Origin: Trueperaceae bacterium
Lineage (GTDB): Bacteria > Deinococcota > Deinococci > Deinococcales > Trueperaceae
Direction of reading: 5' to 3'
Assembly (NCBI GenBank): GCA_034520945.1
Contig: JAXHNB010000006.1
Coordinates: forward strand, 160,001 to 224,000
Length of the DNA stretch: 64,000 nucleotides
Both the position numbers and the translations under genes were made by a program. Below, piece by piece: positions 10,025-20,410 of the stretch. The stretch's first letter is position 1, and each line of letters starts with the position of its first letter. The notes below the pieces were generated by a model. It had not been told where the DNA came from. It saw only the letters and a list, made by a program, of their open reading frames with translations, and made no database searches.

Positions 10025-12778
10025 TCATTCCGAAAACAGGGCCTCGTCCAGCGCGCCATCCCGAAGTTCGGCCAGGACCGCCGCCAGCGCACCCGCGTCC
10101 TTGGTGCCCGCCTGCGCCATGTCGGGGCGCCCGCCGCCCCCACCGCCGGCGCGCTGGGCCAGGGCGCGCGCCACGTCGCCGGCCTTCACGCCGTGCTGCC
10201 GGGCGGCCTCCGACGCCTTCACCACCAGTGACGTCCCGCTGGCCGCCACCACCACGTCGGCCTTGCTGCGGGCGGCGGTGGTGTCCGCCAGGTGGCGGAG
10301 GTTGCCGTCGTCCAGCCCGTCGACCTCGGCGACCGCCAGCGTGCCGACGCCCGCAAGCTCTCGCGTGGGCACCTCGGCCCCGCCTCCGGTGCCGGCCTCG
10401 GCCAGCTTGGCGCGGACCTGCTGGACCTCCCGGCGGGCCTCCTTGAGTTCGGTCTGCAGCTTCTCGACACGCTCCGGGAGCTCGCCGGACCTTCCCCCCA
10501 GGGCGTGCGCCAGGGTGGCCTGGCGGCTTCGGAGCTCGCCGACGTGCGCCAGGGCCGCCTCGCCCGCCAGTGCGGTCACGCGGCGCACGCCGGCCGATAC
10601 CGCCTCCTCGGCGGTGATCAGGAACAGGCCCAGCCGGCCGGTCCGCGCCACGTGCGTGCCGCCGCACAACTCGACCGACACCGCTTGCTGGCCCGGCTGG
10701 TCCTCGCCCCCTGCGCCTTCGCCCATGGTGACCATGCGGACGCGCTCGCCGTACTTCTCGCCGAACAGCATCATTGCGCCCGCCCCGCGCGCCTCACGGA
10801 GGGACACCTCGCGCCAGTCGACCCGCAGGTCGGCCTGGATCCAGCGGTTGACGAGCTGCTCGATTCGCGCGATCTGCTTGGACGTGATGGCGTCCGGGTG
10901 CGACATGTCGAAGCGAAGGCGGTCCGGCGCCACCAGTGAGCCCGCCTGCGCCACGTGCGAACCCAGCACGCTGCGAAGCGCCGCGTGCAGCAGGTGCGTG
11001 GCGGTGTGATGCTTCTCGGTCTCGCGCCGCTCGGGCGCGACCTGCGCGTCCAAGCGGGCGCCGGCGTGCAGGGTGCCGCGGATCACCTCGATGTCGTGCA
11101 GCAGCAGACCCTGTGGGCTGCGCGTCGTGCTGCGCACGGCCGCGGCGCCGCCCGACCACGCCAGCTTGCCGAAGTCGCCGATCTGACCGCCCCCCTCGGG
11201 ATAGAACGGGCTCTGGCTCAGCACCGCGGTGCCGCGGCGCCCCTCGCCGAGCGCTTCGACCTCCTCGTCGTCGTCCAGGAGGGCCTCTACGCGCGCTTCC
11301 TCGGCGTCTTGGTGGTACCCGGTGAACGGCGTTTCGCCGACGCGTTCGGCAATGTGGCCCAGTGTGTCCGGCGCGGCCTCGAACAGCGTGCCCGCCCCGT
11401 GGCCGGTGCGGGAGCGTTCGCGTGCCCGTTCCCGCGCGGCGCGGTACCCCTCCGCGTCCACGCGCACCCCCCGCTCGCGGGCCAGGTCCTGCGTCAGGTC
11501 GAGGGGAAAGCCGTGCGTCTCCCACAGGTCGAAGGCGACGTCGCCGGGAAGTTCGTCGCCGTCGAGTCGATCCAGGAGCGCCGTGACGCGTTCGATGCCG
11601 GACGCCAGGGTCCGCAGGAACTGCGTCTCCTCGCCTTTCACGATCGCGGCGATCCGTTCGCGGCCGTCCACCAGTTCCGGGTAGGCGCCGCCCATCGCCT
11701 CGACCACCTGGTCGACCAGTTCGTGCAGCACCGGCTCGTGCAGGCCCAGCAGCCAAGCGTGCCGGCTGGCGCGCCGCAGCAGCATCTTGATCACGTAACC
11801 GGGACCGTCGTTGGCCGGAAGCACGCCGTCGGCGATCGCGAACGCCACCGCCCGCAGATGGTCGGCGATCACCCGGTGGGAGGTGCTCTCCTGTCCCTGA
11901 TACGGCTGGCCCGAACGGTCGGCGACCTCGCGAATGGTGGGTTGGAACAGTTCGGTGGCGTAGGCGTCCTCGTCCCCCGTCATCACGGCCACCAGGCGTT
12001 CGAAGCCCAGGCCCGTGTCGATGTTGCGTTGCGGCAGCGGCGCGAGTTCGCCGCCGTCGCGGCGGTCGAACTGTGTGAACACCAGGTTCCACACCTCGAC
12101 GAAGCGATCGCCGCCCCCCGTGTTGGGCCCGGTCTCGTCCTCGGTGCCGTAGGCGGGTCCGCGGTCGAAGAACACCTCGGAGCAGGGGCCACACGGGCCG
12201 TTGGGCCCTTCGCTGACGGCGCCGGCGGGCCAGAAGTTCTCGTCCTCGCCCCAGCGACTGATGCGCGCGTCCGGCACGCCCACCTCTTCGGTCCAGACGC
12301 GGTACGCCTCGTCGTCGTCCAGGTAGATCGTCACGTACAGTCGCTCCGGGTCGAAACCCAGCCGTTCGGTGAGGAACGCCCACGCCCAGGCGCACGCCTC
12401 CGACTTGAAGTAGTCGCCGAACGAGAAGTTGCCCAACATCTCGAAGAACGAGTGGTGTCGCAGGGTGCGCCCCACGTTCTCGATGTCGTTGATGCGGAGG
12501 CACTTCTGCGCGGTCGCGACCCGGTCGTGCACCCCCTCCACCCCGGAGAATCTCGGCGTGGCCCCCAGGAAGTACGGCTTGAACTGCACCATGCCCGCCG
12601 AGGTGAACATCAGGGTCGGGTCGTCGCTGCGAAGCGATGCCGATGGGCGCCTCAGGTGACCCTTCTCCTCGAAGAACGCCAGGTAGCGTTCCCGCAGCGC
12701 GTCGATCCACGCCCGCTGGGCCTCCGGCGCACGAGGGGCGGGGGGATGGGGGTCGGGGGCGGTGCGATCATGCGTCAT
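10025..12778 (-). CDS. alaS: Alanine--tRNA ligase
   Basis: DPTLMFTSAGMVQFKP, HHSFFEMLGNFSFGDYFK, IDTGLGFER, editing motifs HTATH and ELCGGTH, C-terminal GGGGGRPDMAQAG. Confidence 0.98.
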   Translation of the reverse strand: MTHDRTAPDPHPPAPRAPEAQRAWIDALRERYLAFFEEKGHLRRPSASLRSDDPTLMFTSAGMVQFKPYFLGATPRFSGVEGVHDRVATAQKCLRINDIENVGRTLRHHSFFEMLGNFSFGDYFKSEACAWAWAFLTERLGFDPERLYVTIYLDDDEAYRVWTEEVGVPDARISRWGEDENFWPAGAVSEGPNGPCGPCSEVFFDRGPAYGTEDETGPNTGGGDRFVEVWNLVFTQFDRRDGGELAPLPQRNIDTGLGFERLVAVMTGDEDAYATELFQPTIREVADRSGQPYQGQESTSHRVIADHLRAVAFAIADGVLPANDGPGYVIKMLLRRASRHAWLLGLHEPVLHELVDQVVEAMGGAYPELVDGRERIAAIVKGEETQFLRTLASGIERVTALLDRLDGDELPGDVAFDLWETHGFPLDLTQDLARERGVRVDAEGYRAARERARERSRTGHGAGTLFEAAPDTLGHIAERVGETPFTGYHQDAEEARVEALLDDDEEVEALGEGRRGTAVLSQSPFYPEGGGQIGDFGKLAWSGGAAAVRSTTRSPQGLLLHDIEVIRGTLHAGARLDAQVAPERRETEKHHTATHLLHAALRSVLGSHVAQAGSLVAPDRLRFDMSHPDAITSKQIARIEQLVNRWIQADLRVDWREVSLREARGAGAMMLFGEKYGERVRMVTMGEGAGGEDQPGQQAVSVELCGGTHVARTGRLGLFLITAEEAVSAGVRRVTALAGEAALAHVGELRSRQATLAHALGGRSGELPERVEKLQTELKEARREVQQVRAKLAEAGTGGGAEVPTRELAGVGTLAVAEVDGLDDGNLRHLADTTAARSKADVVVAASGTSLVVKASEAARQHGVKAGDVARALAQRAGGGGGGRPDMAQAGTKDAGALAAVLAELRDGALDEALFSE

Positions 12779-12862
12779 CGAGGGCCTCCTACCTGCACGA
12801 CCGCCGAGTATAGCGGACCGGCGCGTGACGAGGCGTCCTACGCGGCGGTATCATCGCCCGCC

Positions 12863-14062
12863 GTGCGCGCCTCCTTTACCGACCCGCCCCGCCGAGCCCT
12901 CATGCTGACCGGATTCTTGGCGTACCTGGTGATGGGCGCCATCCAGGCGATGTACGGCCCTGCCTTCCCCGGCCTGTTGGATCGCTTCGCCATCGGCGTC
13001 GGGCGTGTGGGCGACGTCGTCGCGCTGCACTTCGCGGGCAGCTTCGTCACCATTGCCGCCTCGAGCCTGTTCCTGACGCGCCTGGGGTACCGGCCGGTGA
13101 TGCGCACCGGCGGCGCGGTGATGACGAGCGGCGCGCTGGCGGTGGCGCTGGCGCCGACGTGGCCGTGGGTGCTGGCCGGGGCCGCGCTGGGCGGCGTGGG
13201 CTTCGGGCTGCTGAACATCACCTTCAACCTGATGGTGGCCCGCGTGTTCGCCCCGCGCGCCGCGCCGTTCCTGAACCTCCAGAACGCCCTGTTCGGGGTC
13301 GGCGCGGTGCTGGGGCCGGTCGCGGTCGGGCTGGCCGGGGCGACGCTTCGGGTGCCGTTCCTGCTCCTCGCAATGATCACCCTGATCGTCACGGTCGCGG
13401 TGACGTGGCTGCCGGAACCCGAACGACCGGGCGGCGGCGAGGGGGAGCGCATCCCCTGGCTGCCAGCGTTCGGGTTCATGGCCATGTACTTCCTGTACGT
13501 GTCCGCGGAGGTCGGCGTGGCCAGTTGGGAGACCGTGCACCTGGAGCCGTTCCTGGGGGCGCGTGACGCCGCCTTCGCCACCAGCGCCTACTGGGCCGCC
13601 CTTACCGTCGGCAGGTTGCTGGCCAGCCCGCTGAGCGCCTACCTGCGGCCGTCGACGCTGGTGCTGGGGTCGGCCTGCCTGGGGCTCGCCGGGTTGGGGC
13701 TGGCGCACGTGGTGGCCGTCGCGCCGTTCGCGTACGCCGTGGTGGGGTTGACCTTCGCCCCGATCTTCCCGACCGGTCTGGCCTGGCTTCAGCGCGTGTT
13801 CCCCCGGCGGGCCGAGCAGGTCGCGCCGCTGGTGGTGGCGGCCGCCAATCTGGGGCCGGTCGCGACCGCCAGCGTGATCGGCGCGGCGGTCGCCGCCTTC
13901 GGCTCCGAGGTGATCCCCTCGCTGCTGGCGGTGTTGGCGGGGGTGCTGGTGGCCGTCACCCTGGCGCTGTGGTGCGGCACCGGCGGGTGCCGCGCACGTT
14001 CGCACGGCGGGGGCGCGCCGGCGCGTGCTAGCGTTTCTGGAGGGATCGAGGAGGGACCATGA
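12863..14062 (+). CDS. MFS transporter (fucose/TsgA-like permease)
   Basis: Many hydrophobic helices; FLYVSAEVGVASW, YWAALTVGRL, APIFPT. Start is GTG 12863 (TATCAT 8 nt upstream) or ATG 12902; this is the 3' part of ORF 10955..14062. Confidence 0.85.
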   Translation: MRASFTDPPRRALMLTGFLAYLVMGAIQAMYGPAFPGLLDRFAIGVGRVGDVVALHFAGSFVTIAASSLFLTRLGYRPVMRTGGAVMTSGALAVALAPTWPWVLAGAALGGVGFGLLNITFNLMVARVFAPRAAPFLNLQNALFGVGAVLGPVAVGLAGATLRVPFLLLAMITLIVTVAVTWLPEPERPGGGEGERIPWLPAFGFMAMYFLYVSAEVGVASWETVHLEPFLGARDAAFATSAYWAALTVGRLLASPLSAYLRPSTLVLGSACLGLAGLGLAHVVAVAPFAYAVVGLTFAPIFPTGLAWLQRVFPRRAEQVAPLVVAAANLGPVATASVIGAAVAAFGSEVIPSLLAVLAGVLVAVTLALWCGTGGCRARSHGGGAPARASVSGGIEEGP

Positions 14063-14187
14063 CGCCCCGGTTGCACAGTACGCCGTTCGCGCACGGCCCG
14101 GGGGTCCGAAGCGCCGGCCGATGCGTGGCACGCACGGCCGCGCGAGGCGTGCAGGGCCGGCCGGCGCGGAACGGTCGCTGACCCGCC

Positions 14188-17100
14188 GTGCTGCCGCAGG
14201 ACGTTCCGTTCTGGCACTGGCTTCCTGCGCTCCTCGGGGGCGTGGCGATGCTGCCGGCGGCGTGGTTCGCCTGGCGCAGCCCCAGCGAAGGGGGGCGCCG
14301 GGCGGCGGCGTTCTTCTTGGCGGCCTCCGTGTGGTGCCTGGCGGCGGCCGCCGAGAACCTCGGCGGCGACGTCGCGGCGCATCTCCGTTGGGCGCGCTTC
14401 GGCATGCTGGGCGTGGCGTTCGCGGCCCCCGCCTGGGCGCTGTTCGCGTTGCGGTTCGCCGGCGTGCGGCTGAACGCGTGGCTCGAAGGGGCGATGCTGC
14501 TTCCCGCCGCCGTCACGGTGTTGTTGGCGTGGAGCGAGGCGGGCGTGGCCTGGATCTGGTCCGAGATACGCCTGGCGGAAGGCGTGCCGTACGCCGACGC
14601 GGTGTTCGTGCCGGGCCCCTGGCTCGGGCGTGCGTTTCTGCCCTACGCGGCCGTGATGGTCGCCGCCGGCGTCAGCGTCCTGGCGTGGCGTTGGATCCGG
14701 GGCGACGAGGCGCAGACGTGGCGCTACCCCGCCCTGATGGCCGCCAGCGCCGTGCCGGTCGTCACCGCGATGGTCCATTTCCGGGCGGGCGGCGGCCCGG
14801 CGGCGTTCGACGCGACGCCGGTGGCGGTGGCGGCGGCGGGGGTCGCCATGGCGTGGTTGGTGCTCGACCGGCGACGGTTCGACACCCTGCCGCTGGCCCA
14901 TCGCTTGGTGTTCGACTCGCGTCCCGACGCGGACCTGGTGCTGGATCGGACCGGGCGCATCCTCGATCTGAATCCTGCCGCCGAGCGGTTGCTGGGCGTC
15001 ACCCTTCGTCGCGTCCGCGGACGGCCGTTGGCGCGCGTCGCGTCGTACCTCGCCGCCGCCGTGCCCAGCGGCGCGCAGGGCGAGGTGCGCGACCCGCGCA
15101 CGGGCCGGCGCCTTCAGGTCGAGACGCGCCGCCTACGGCGCGGCGGTGCCGAGCTGTGGACCGTCCAGGACGTGACCGAGCGGGTGCGCGAGCGCGAGGC
15201 CCTGCAGCGCCGCGGGCTGTTGCTGGAGGCCGTGGACGCCCTGGTGGCCCACGACGCTCCCGCTCCCGACGCCGCCACGTCCGAGCCAAGCACGCCGCAG
15301 GAAGGTGCGGAGGGCGGCGACGCGCTGACGCGGACGATGGCGCGGATCGGCCGGGCGCTGGACCTGGACGCCGTCCGGCTGATCGTGGACGAGGGGGGTG
15401 GCGAGGCGTTCACGCTGCGCGCCGCCTGGCAGCGGCACGGGGCCGCGCCCGCCGGCCGGCAGGCCTACGAAGACGCCGGCCTGATCCCGGTCCGTGACGC
15501 GATCCGGCGCGGCAAGACCACCATGATCCTGCCCGCTCCGTCCGACGCGCACCGCCGCGCCGTGACGTTGCGCCTGGGCGGCGAGGCGTGGGGCGCCCTG
15601 ATCCTGGACGGGGGCGATCCCGAGCGGTTGGACGACCTTCGCGACGCCCTCGACAACACGGCGCGCAGCCTGGCCGGCTGGTTGCAGCACGAGCGGGCCC
15701 AGCGCGAACGGCGCCGCAGCGACCGCTTCCGCGCCGGATTGCTGGAGCTGACCCGTACGCTTCTGCTCGGCAGGGTCGGGGAGGACGGCTACCGCCTGGC
15801 GGTACGCCATGCCGCACGGGCCATTCCGGGGGCCGAAGCGGGTGCGCTGTTCGTGCGCCGGCACGGTCACGATCGCTTCGAATGCGTCGCCAGTCTCGGC
15901 AGGCCGCTCGGGAACGAGGCGCGGGCGGCGCAGTCGTGGTCCGACTTGGGGGCGGAGGTCGGTGCGGGCGTGCGAACGCTGAGCGGCGCCGACGCCAGCG
16001 ACGTCGGTCCGGGCGTTCGGGCGGCGCTGTTGGCGCCGGTGATGCTGGACGGCCGGGCCGAGGCGTTGCTGCGCCTGGAGAGCCTGTCGCGCGCCGATGC
16101 CTTCGGCGCGCGGGAGGTCGCCATGGTCGAGGCGTTCGCCGCCCAGGTGGGGGCCGTGCTGCGCCGGCTCGAACAGCAAGCCGAAAGCGAGCGTGCCGCG
16201 GCGGCGCAACGCCTGCTGGCCGACGTGGAACGCCTGTTGCTCACCTCCGACGACTTGGGCGTGTTCGTGCCCGTCCTGGCGCGGCGCGTGTTGGGGGCGA
16301 AGCTGTGGCCGCTGGAGCGTCTGGCCGTGCTGGCCGTCCGTCCCGATGGCACCGTGGACCCTCGGGTGCACGGGCCCGAGGGCCGGGACCTGGCGCTGGA
16401 GGCCGAGGCCCGCACGGCGCCCGTCCGGGTCGAGGCGTTGGCGGAAGTGTTGGGCACGGACGGCCCCTCGGTGGCGCGCGGTCGCGGCGTCGGACCGCCG
16501 GGCCTCGCCCGCGTGCCCTGGGCCCGCGCCGCCGCCACCTTCCCGCTGCGGCTGGCTGGCGAGCCGTGGGGGGCGTTGACGTGGCTGTCCAGCCGAGCGG
16601 ACGCCTTCGGCGAACCCACCTTGGCGTGGCTGGGCCAGGTCACCTCCGCGCTCGAGATGGCCCTGCTGCGGCAGCGGGACCGGCGGCGCACCGAACGTCA
16701 ACTCGCGCGCCTTCGGGCGCTGGTCGACACGGGCGAGGCGTTGCGGACCTGCACCCGCCGCGCCGACGTGGTAAAGCGGGTGCTCGCCACGCTACGCGAG
16801 GTGACCGGCGCGGATCACTGTGCGTTGACGCTCGCGGACGAGGCGCATGGAGGTCTGCACGTCGCAGGCGAGATGCACCGCGACGAGCGGTCTGCCCGGG
16901 CTACGGGCGAAGACGGCGCAAACACGCGCCGGGTGCGGCGGGTCCTGTCCGAGGACGACACGGTGACGTGGGCTGGGTCCGACGCGGACGCCGGGGCGTG
17001 GATGGGCACCCCCCTACGCAACGCGGACGGCAACCCGGTCGGGGTGCTGCACGCCAGCCGCGGTGCGCCCGGTGGGCCGTTCGAACCGGACGAGGTGGGG

Positions 17101-18915
17101 TTGCTGGAGGCGTTGGCGCAGGCGGCGGCCGCCACCCTGGTGCGCTTGGCGCTTCTGGAGCGCAGCCGGCAGCAGACCGTGCAGTACCGCGCCCTCTGGG
17201 ACGAGGCGCGACGGAGCGAGGAACGCTTCCGGCTGCTGGCCGAGCACATGACGGACACGGTGTGCCTGCACGACCGCCGCGGACGCTTCCTGTACGTCAG
17301 CCCATCCGTGGAGGGGCTGCTGGGGTACCCCCCGGGGGCGCTGCAGGGCCGCTACCCTCTGGCCATGGTGCACGACGAGGACGTACAGGCGCTTCGCGAC
17401 GGCCTGGTACGGCCCCTGGCGCAGGGACGGGCCGCCCGGAGCGTCACCTTTCGCGCGCGGCACAATGATGGGCACTACGTCTGGCTGGAGACCGGCGCCC
17501 AACCGATCCGCGACGACGAGGAACGCATCACCCGCCACGTCAGCACCTCGCGTGACGTCACCGAACGCAAGCGGATCGAGGCCCGCCTGGTGCACGGCGC
17601 CCTGTACGACGCCCTCACCGGACTTCCGAACCGGGCGCTGCTGATGGACCGGTTGCAGCATGCCCAGGACCGGGCCCACCGCCAGGGCGGCCGTTTCGCG
17701 GTGATGTTCCTGGACCTGGACCGGTTCAAGCACGTGAACGACAGCCTCGGGCACGGCGTTGGCGACGAGATGCTCGCCTCGGTGGCGACACGCCTGTCCA
17801 GCTGCGTGCGCACCTCGGACACGGTCGCGCGCCTCGGCGGCGACGAATTCTGCGTGCTGCTGGAGGAGGTCGACGACGAGGACACGGTGCTGCGGACGGC
17901 CGAACGCATCCAGGCGTCGGTGTCGCGCCCGTTCGACCTCGCCGACACGCAGCTGTTCACCAGCGCAAGCATCGGCATCGCCTTCTCGCACCCGGACTAC
18001 GCCGATCCCGATGAGCTGCTCCGCGACGCCGACACCGCCATGTACCGCGCCAAGGCGGAGGGCAAGGCCCGGCACGCCGTGTTCGACGCCGGCATGCACG
18101 AACAGGCGAAGCACCGCCTGGCGCTGGATACCTCGTTGCACCACGCCATCGAGAACGACGCGCTTTCGCTCGCGTTCCAACCGATCCTGCGCCTGAGCGA
18201 TGCGACCGTGATCGGCGTGGAGGCGCTGGTCCGCTGGACCGATCCGGAGCGCGGCGAGATCCCTCCCGACGAGTTCGTGAAGGCGGCCGAGGAGAGCGGT
18301 GCGATCCTGGAGCTGGATCGCTGGGTCCTGGACCGAGCCTGCAGGCAGATGCGGACGTGGCAGGAGACCTTCCCGCGCGCCCGAGATTGGTCGATCAGCG
18401 TCAATCTGTCGCCGCGGCACTTCACCGTCGCCGAGCCCGCCAAGCGGATCCTGGAGCGGGTGCGCGCCACCGGCCTCGACCCCGCCCACCTGCGGATCGA
18501 GCTGACCGAACGCGCCCTCCTGAACGGCGGCCAGGCGGTGATGGAGGCCTTGGCGGAGCTTCGCGCGCACGGCGTGACGATCGGGATCGACGACTTCGGC
18601 ACCGGCTACAGTTCGCTGGCGCACCTGCAGCGCCTGCCGCTGGACGCCCTCAAAGTGGACGGTTCGTTCGTGCAGGGGTTGCGCGGTCCGCCGCAACAGC
18701 GGCAGATGGTCAGCACCATCGTGGCGCTGGCCCAGGGCCTCGGCATCGAGACCGTCGCGGAGGGGGTCGAGGAGCAGCTGCAGTGGGACGCGCTGCGGGG
18801 CCTGGGCTGCACCTACGGCCAGGGGCACCTGTGGTCGCGGGCCATGCCAGCAGGCGCGTTCGCCGGCCGCTACCTCTCCACCCCGGCCGACGTCCCGCCC
18901 GACGTGCGAAACTGA
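14188..18915 (+). CDS. Membrane-bound diguanylate cyclase/phosphodiesterase (7TM-PAS-multiple GAF-PAS-GGDEF-EAL)
   Basis: N-terminal multi-TM region, PAS (DLNPAAERLLG; YVSPSVEGLLGY...SRDVTERK), GAF-like repeats, YDALTGLPNR, RTSDTVARLGGDEF, EAL, DDFGTGYSS, AEGVE. Confidence 0.92.
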   Translation: MLPQDVPFWHWLPALLGGVAMLPAAWFAWRSPSEGGRRAAAFFLAASVWCLAAAAENLGGDVAAHLRWARFGMLGVAFAAPAWALFALRFAGVRLNAWLEGAMLLPAAVTVLLAWSEAGVAWIWSEIRLAEGVPYADAVFVPGPWLGRAFLPYAAVMVAAGVSVLAWRWIRGDEAQTWRYPALMAASAVPVVTAMVHFRAGGGPAAFDATPVAVAAAGVAMAWLVLDRRRFDTLPLAHRLVFDSRPDADLVLDRTGRILDLNPAAERLLGVTLRRVRGRPLARVASYLAAAVPSGAQGEVRDPRTGRRLQVETRRLRRGGAELWTVQDVTERVREREALQRRGLLLEAVDALVAHDAPAPDAATSEPSTPQEGAEGGDALTRTMARIGRALDLDAVRLIVDEGGGEAFTLRAAWQRHGAAPAGRQAYEDAGLIPVRDAIRRGKTTMILPAPSDAHRRAVTLRLGGEAWGALILDGGDPERLDDLRDALDNTARSLAGWLQHERAQRERRRSDRFRAGLLELTRTLLLGRVGEDGYRLAVRHAARAIPGAEAGALFVRRHGHDRFECVASLGRPLGNEARAAQSWSDLGAEVGAGVRTLSGADASDVGPGVRAALLAPVMLDGRAEALLRLESLSRADAFGAREVAMVEAFAAQVGAVLRRLEQQAESERAAAAQRLLADVERLLLTSDDLGVFVPVLARRVLGAKLWPLERLAVLAVRPDGTVDPRVHGPEGRDLALEAEARTAPVRVEALAEVLGTDGPSVARGRGVGPPGLARVPWARAAATFPLRLAGEPWGALTWLSSRADAFGEPTLAWLGQVTSALEMALLRQRDRRRTERQLARLRALVDTGEALRTCTRRADVVKRVLATLREVTGADHCALTLADEAHGGLHVAGEMHRDERSARATGEDGANTRRVRRVLSEDDTVTWAGSDADAGAWMGTPLRNADGNPVGVLHASRGAPGGPFEPDEVGLLEALAQAAAATLVRLALLERSRQQTVQYRALWDEARRSEERFRLLAEHMTDTVCLHDRRGRFLYVSPSVEGLLGYPPGALQGRYPLAMVHDEDVQALRDGLVRPLAQGRAARSVTFRARHNDGHYVWLETGAQPIRDDEERITRHVSTSRDVTERKRIEARLVHGALYDALTGLPNRALLMDRLQHAQDRAHRQGGRFAVMFLDLDRFKHVNDSLGHGVGDEMLASVATRLSSCVRTSDTVARLGGDEFCVLLEEVDDEDTVLRTAERIQASVSRPFDLADTQLFTSASIGIAFSHPDYADPDELLRDADTAMYRAKAEGKARHAVFDAGMHEQAKHRLALDTSLHHAIENDALSLAFQPILRLSDATVIGVEALVRWTDPERGEIPPDEFVKAAEESGAILELDRWVLDRACRQMRTWQETFPRARDWSISVNLSPRHFTVAEPAKRILERVRATGLDPAHLRIELTERALLNGGQAVMEALAELRAHGVTIGIDDFGTGYSSLAHLQRLPLDALKVDGSFVQGLRGPPQQRQMVSTIVALAQGLGIETVAEGVEEQLQWDALRGLGCTYGQGHLWSRAMPAGAFAGRYLSTPADVPPDVRN

Positions 18916-18919
18916 CGCC

Positions 18920-20410
18920 ATGCGCTCGCAAGACGCCCCTCTCCGGGTCGCACACGTCGCGATCCTACGCCCCGCCTTTCGAGGGGACGCGCCCGCCGCC
19001 GTGCGCCGCGCGCAGGAGGGCCTCGCCGCCTGGGCGCCACGGTTGGGCGTCCAGGTCGCGTCGGTCACGGTAGGAAGCCAGGTCCGCCACGGCGCCACCG
19101 GCGCGCAGGTTCCCGAGGGAACCGTGAGCGACGCCGAGGACGCCCGTCGCGCCGCGGCGCGCATCGAGGCGGATCCGCCCGACCTGTTGCTGATCCAGCA
19201 CGCCACCTTCGCGACCGGCGATCTGCTGGCCCCCTTGTTGCGCGCCGCGCCGCGCGTGGCGGTGTGGGCGACGCCCGAAGGGGCGGCGGGCGAGGGACCG
19301 CTGCCGTTCAACGCGCTGTGCGGGCTGCAGATGACGCTGTCCATGCTGGGCGTGCCCGAGGTGGATCGTGGCGAGGCTCCGGTCAAGTGGCTGTACGGCG
19401 ACGTGCACGAAGACCGGTTCCGGGAGGCCTTCGCGACCACGTTGGCGGCGCTGCGCGGGGTCCGCGCCCTGTCGCGGGCGCGCATCCTCGCCATCGGCGG
19501 GACGGCGCCGGCCTTCTACGCGCTGGAGGAGCGCCCCGACGCCCTGTCCGGCGTCACGGTGACGCCCTGCGAGCTGCGCGATCTGTTCGATCGCGTCGAG
19601 GCCGTCCCCGAGCGCGAGGCGCGGGCGCGCGCGACCGACTGGGCGGACCGGCACGCGCTGGAGGTGGACGACGCGACCCTGCTTCGCGGCGCCCGCATCG
19701 AGCGGGCCCTGGCCGCCCTCGGGGAGGAGGCCGGCGCCGACGCGCTGGCGGTCCGCTGCTGGCCCGAGCTTCCCGACGCCTGCGGCGCCATGGCCTGCGC
19801 CGGGATGGGCACCCGCGCGGGCGAGGGCATGCCGGCCGCCTGCGAGGGCGACGTGATGGGGGCGTTGTCGATGCTGGCGTTGCAGGGCGTGGCCGCGGAA
19901 GCCGCCATCCTGATGGACGTCTCCGACCTGAGCGAGGCCGATGATGCGCTACTCCTGTGGCATTGCGGCAACGCCCCCCTGGCCTGGGCCGACCCCGAGG
20001 GGCCCCGGCCGCGGCTCACCACGCACTTCAACCGCACCGACGACGGACCGATACGCGACATGGCGCTGGCGCCCGGACCGGCCACCGCGTTGCGCCTGCT
20101 GTCCGGCGGGCGCGAGGCGTTGATCGCCTCGGGGCGCATCCGGCGCCTGGACCGCAGCGGCTACGACGGCGTGCGCGGGTGGTGGTCCGACCTCGCCTGG
20201 CACGGCGCGTCGCTCAGCGCCGAGCGGTTCCTGGCCGAGATGCTGCACCAGCGCGTGCCCCACCACCTGGCGGCCGTGGCGGGGGCGTGCGCACCGGCGT
20301 TGGCCGAAATGGCGGGATGGCTGGGCATCGCGCCGCGCACGGTGCAGGCGCGTCCGTTTCCCGGCGCGCTCCACGGCGGAGGTGCGCCCGCCCCACGGGG
20401 GCCGGCATGA
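18920..20410 (+). CDS. L-fucose/L-arabinose isomerase-family sugar isomerase
   Basis: FNALCG, ALAVRCWPE, AACEGDVMGA, LWHCGNAP motifs typical of this family. Confidence 0.75.
   Translation: MRSQDAPLRVAHVAILRPAFRGDAPAAVRRAQEGLAAWAPRLGVQVASVTVGSQVRHGATGAQVPEGTVSDAEDARRAAARIEADPPDLLLIQHATFATGDLLAPLLRAAPRVAVWATPEGAAGEGPLPFNALCGLQMTLSMLGVPEVDRGEAPVKWLYGDVHEDRFREAFATTLAALRGVRALSRARILAIGGTAPAFYALEERPDALSGVTVTPCELRDLFDRVEAVPEREARARATDWADRHALEVDDATLLRGARIERALAALGEEAGADALAVRCWPELPDACGAMACAGMGTRAGEGMPAACEGDVMGALSMLALQGVAAEAAILMDVSDLSEADDALLLWHCGNAPLAWADPEGPRPRLTTHFNRTDDGPIRDMALAPGPATALRLLSGGREALIASGRIRRLDRSGYDGVRGWWSDLAWHGASLSAERFLAEMLHQRVPHHLAAVAGACAPALAEMAGWLGIAPRTVQARPFPGALHGGGAPAPRGPA

Noticed and set aside
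8486..12778. alaS-ruvX-mltG cluster as something novel
   Set aside because: This is a widely conserved housekeeping gene order.
10955..12862. Long N-terminal extension of the MFS ORF (1035 aa in the track)
   Set aside because: It overlaps alaS on the opposite strand; transporter-like sequence starts only at about 12863.
13975..14062. Possible frameshift at the MFS C-terminus
   Set aside because: The tail is low-complexity, but the frame is open to a normal stop and no better alternative frame is evident.
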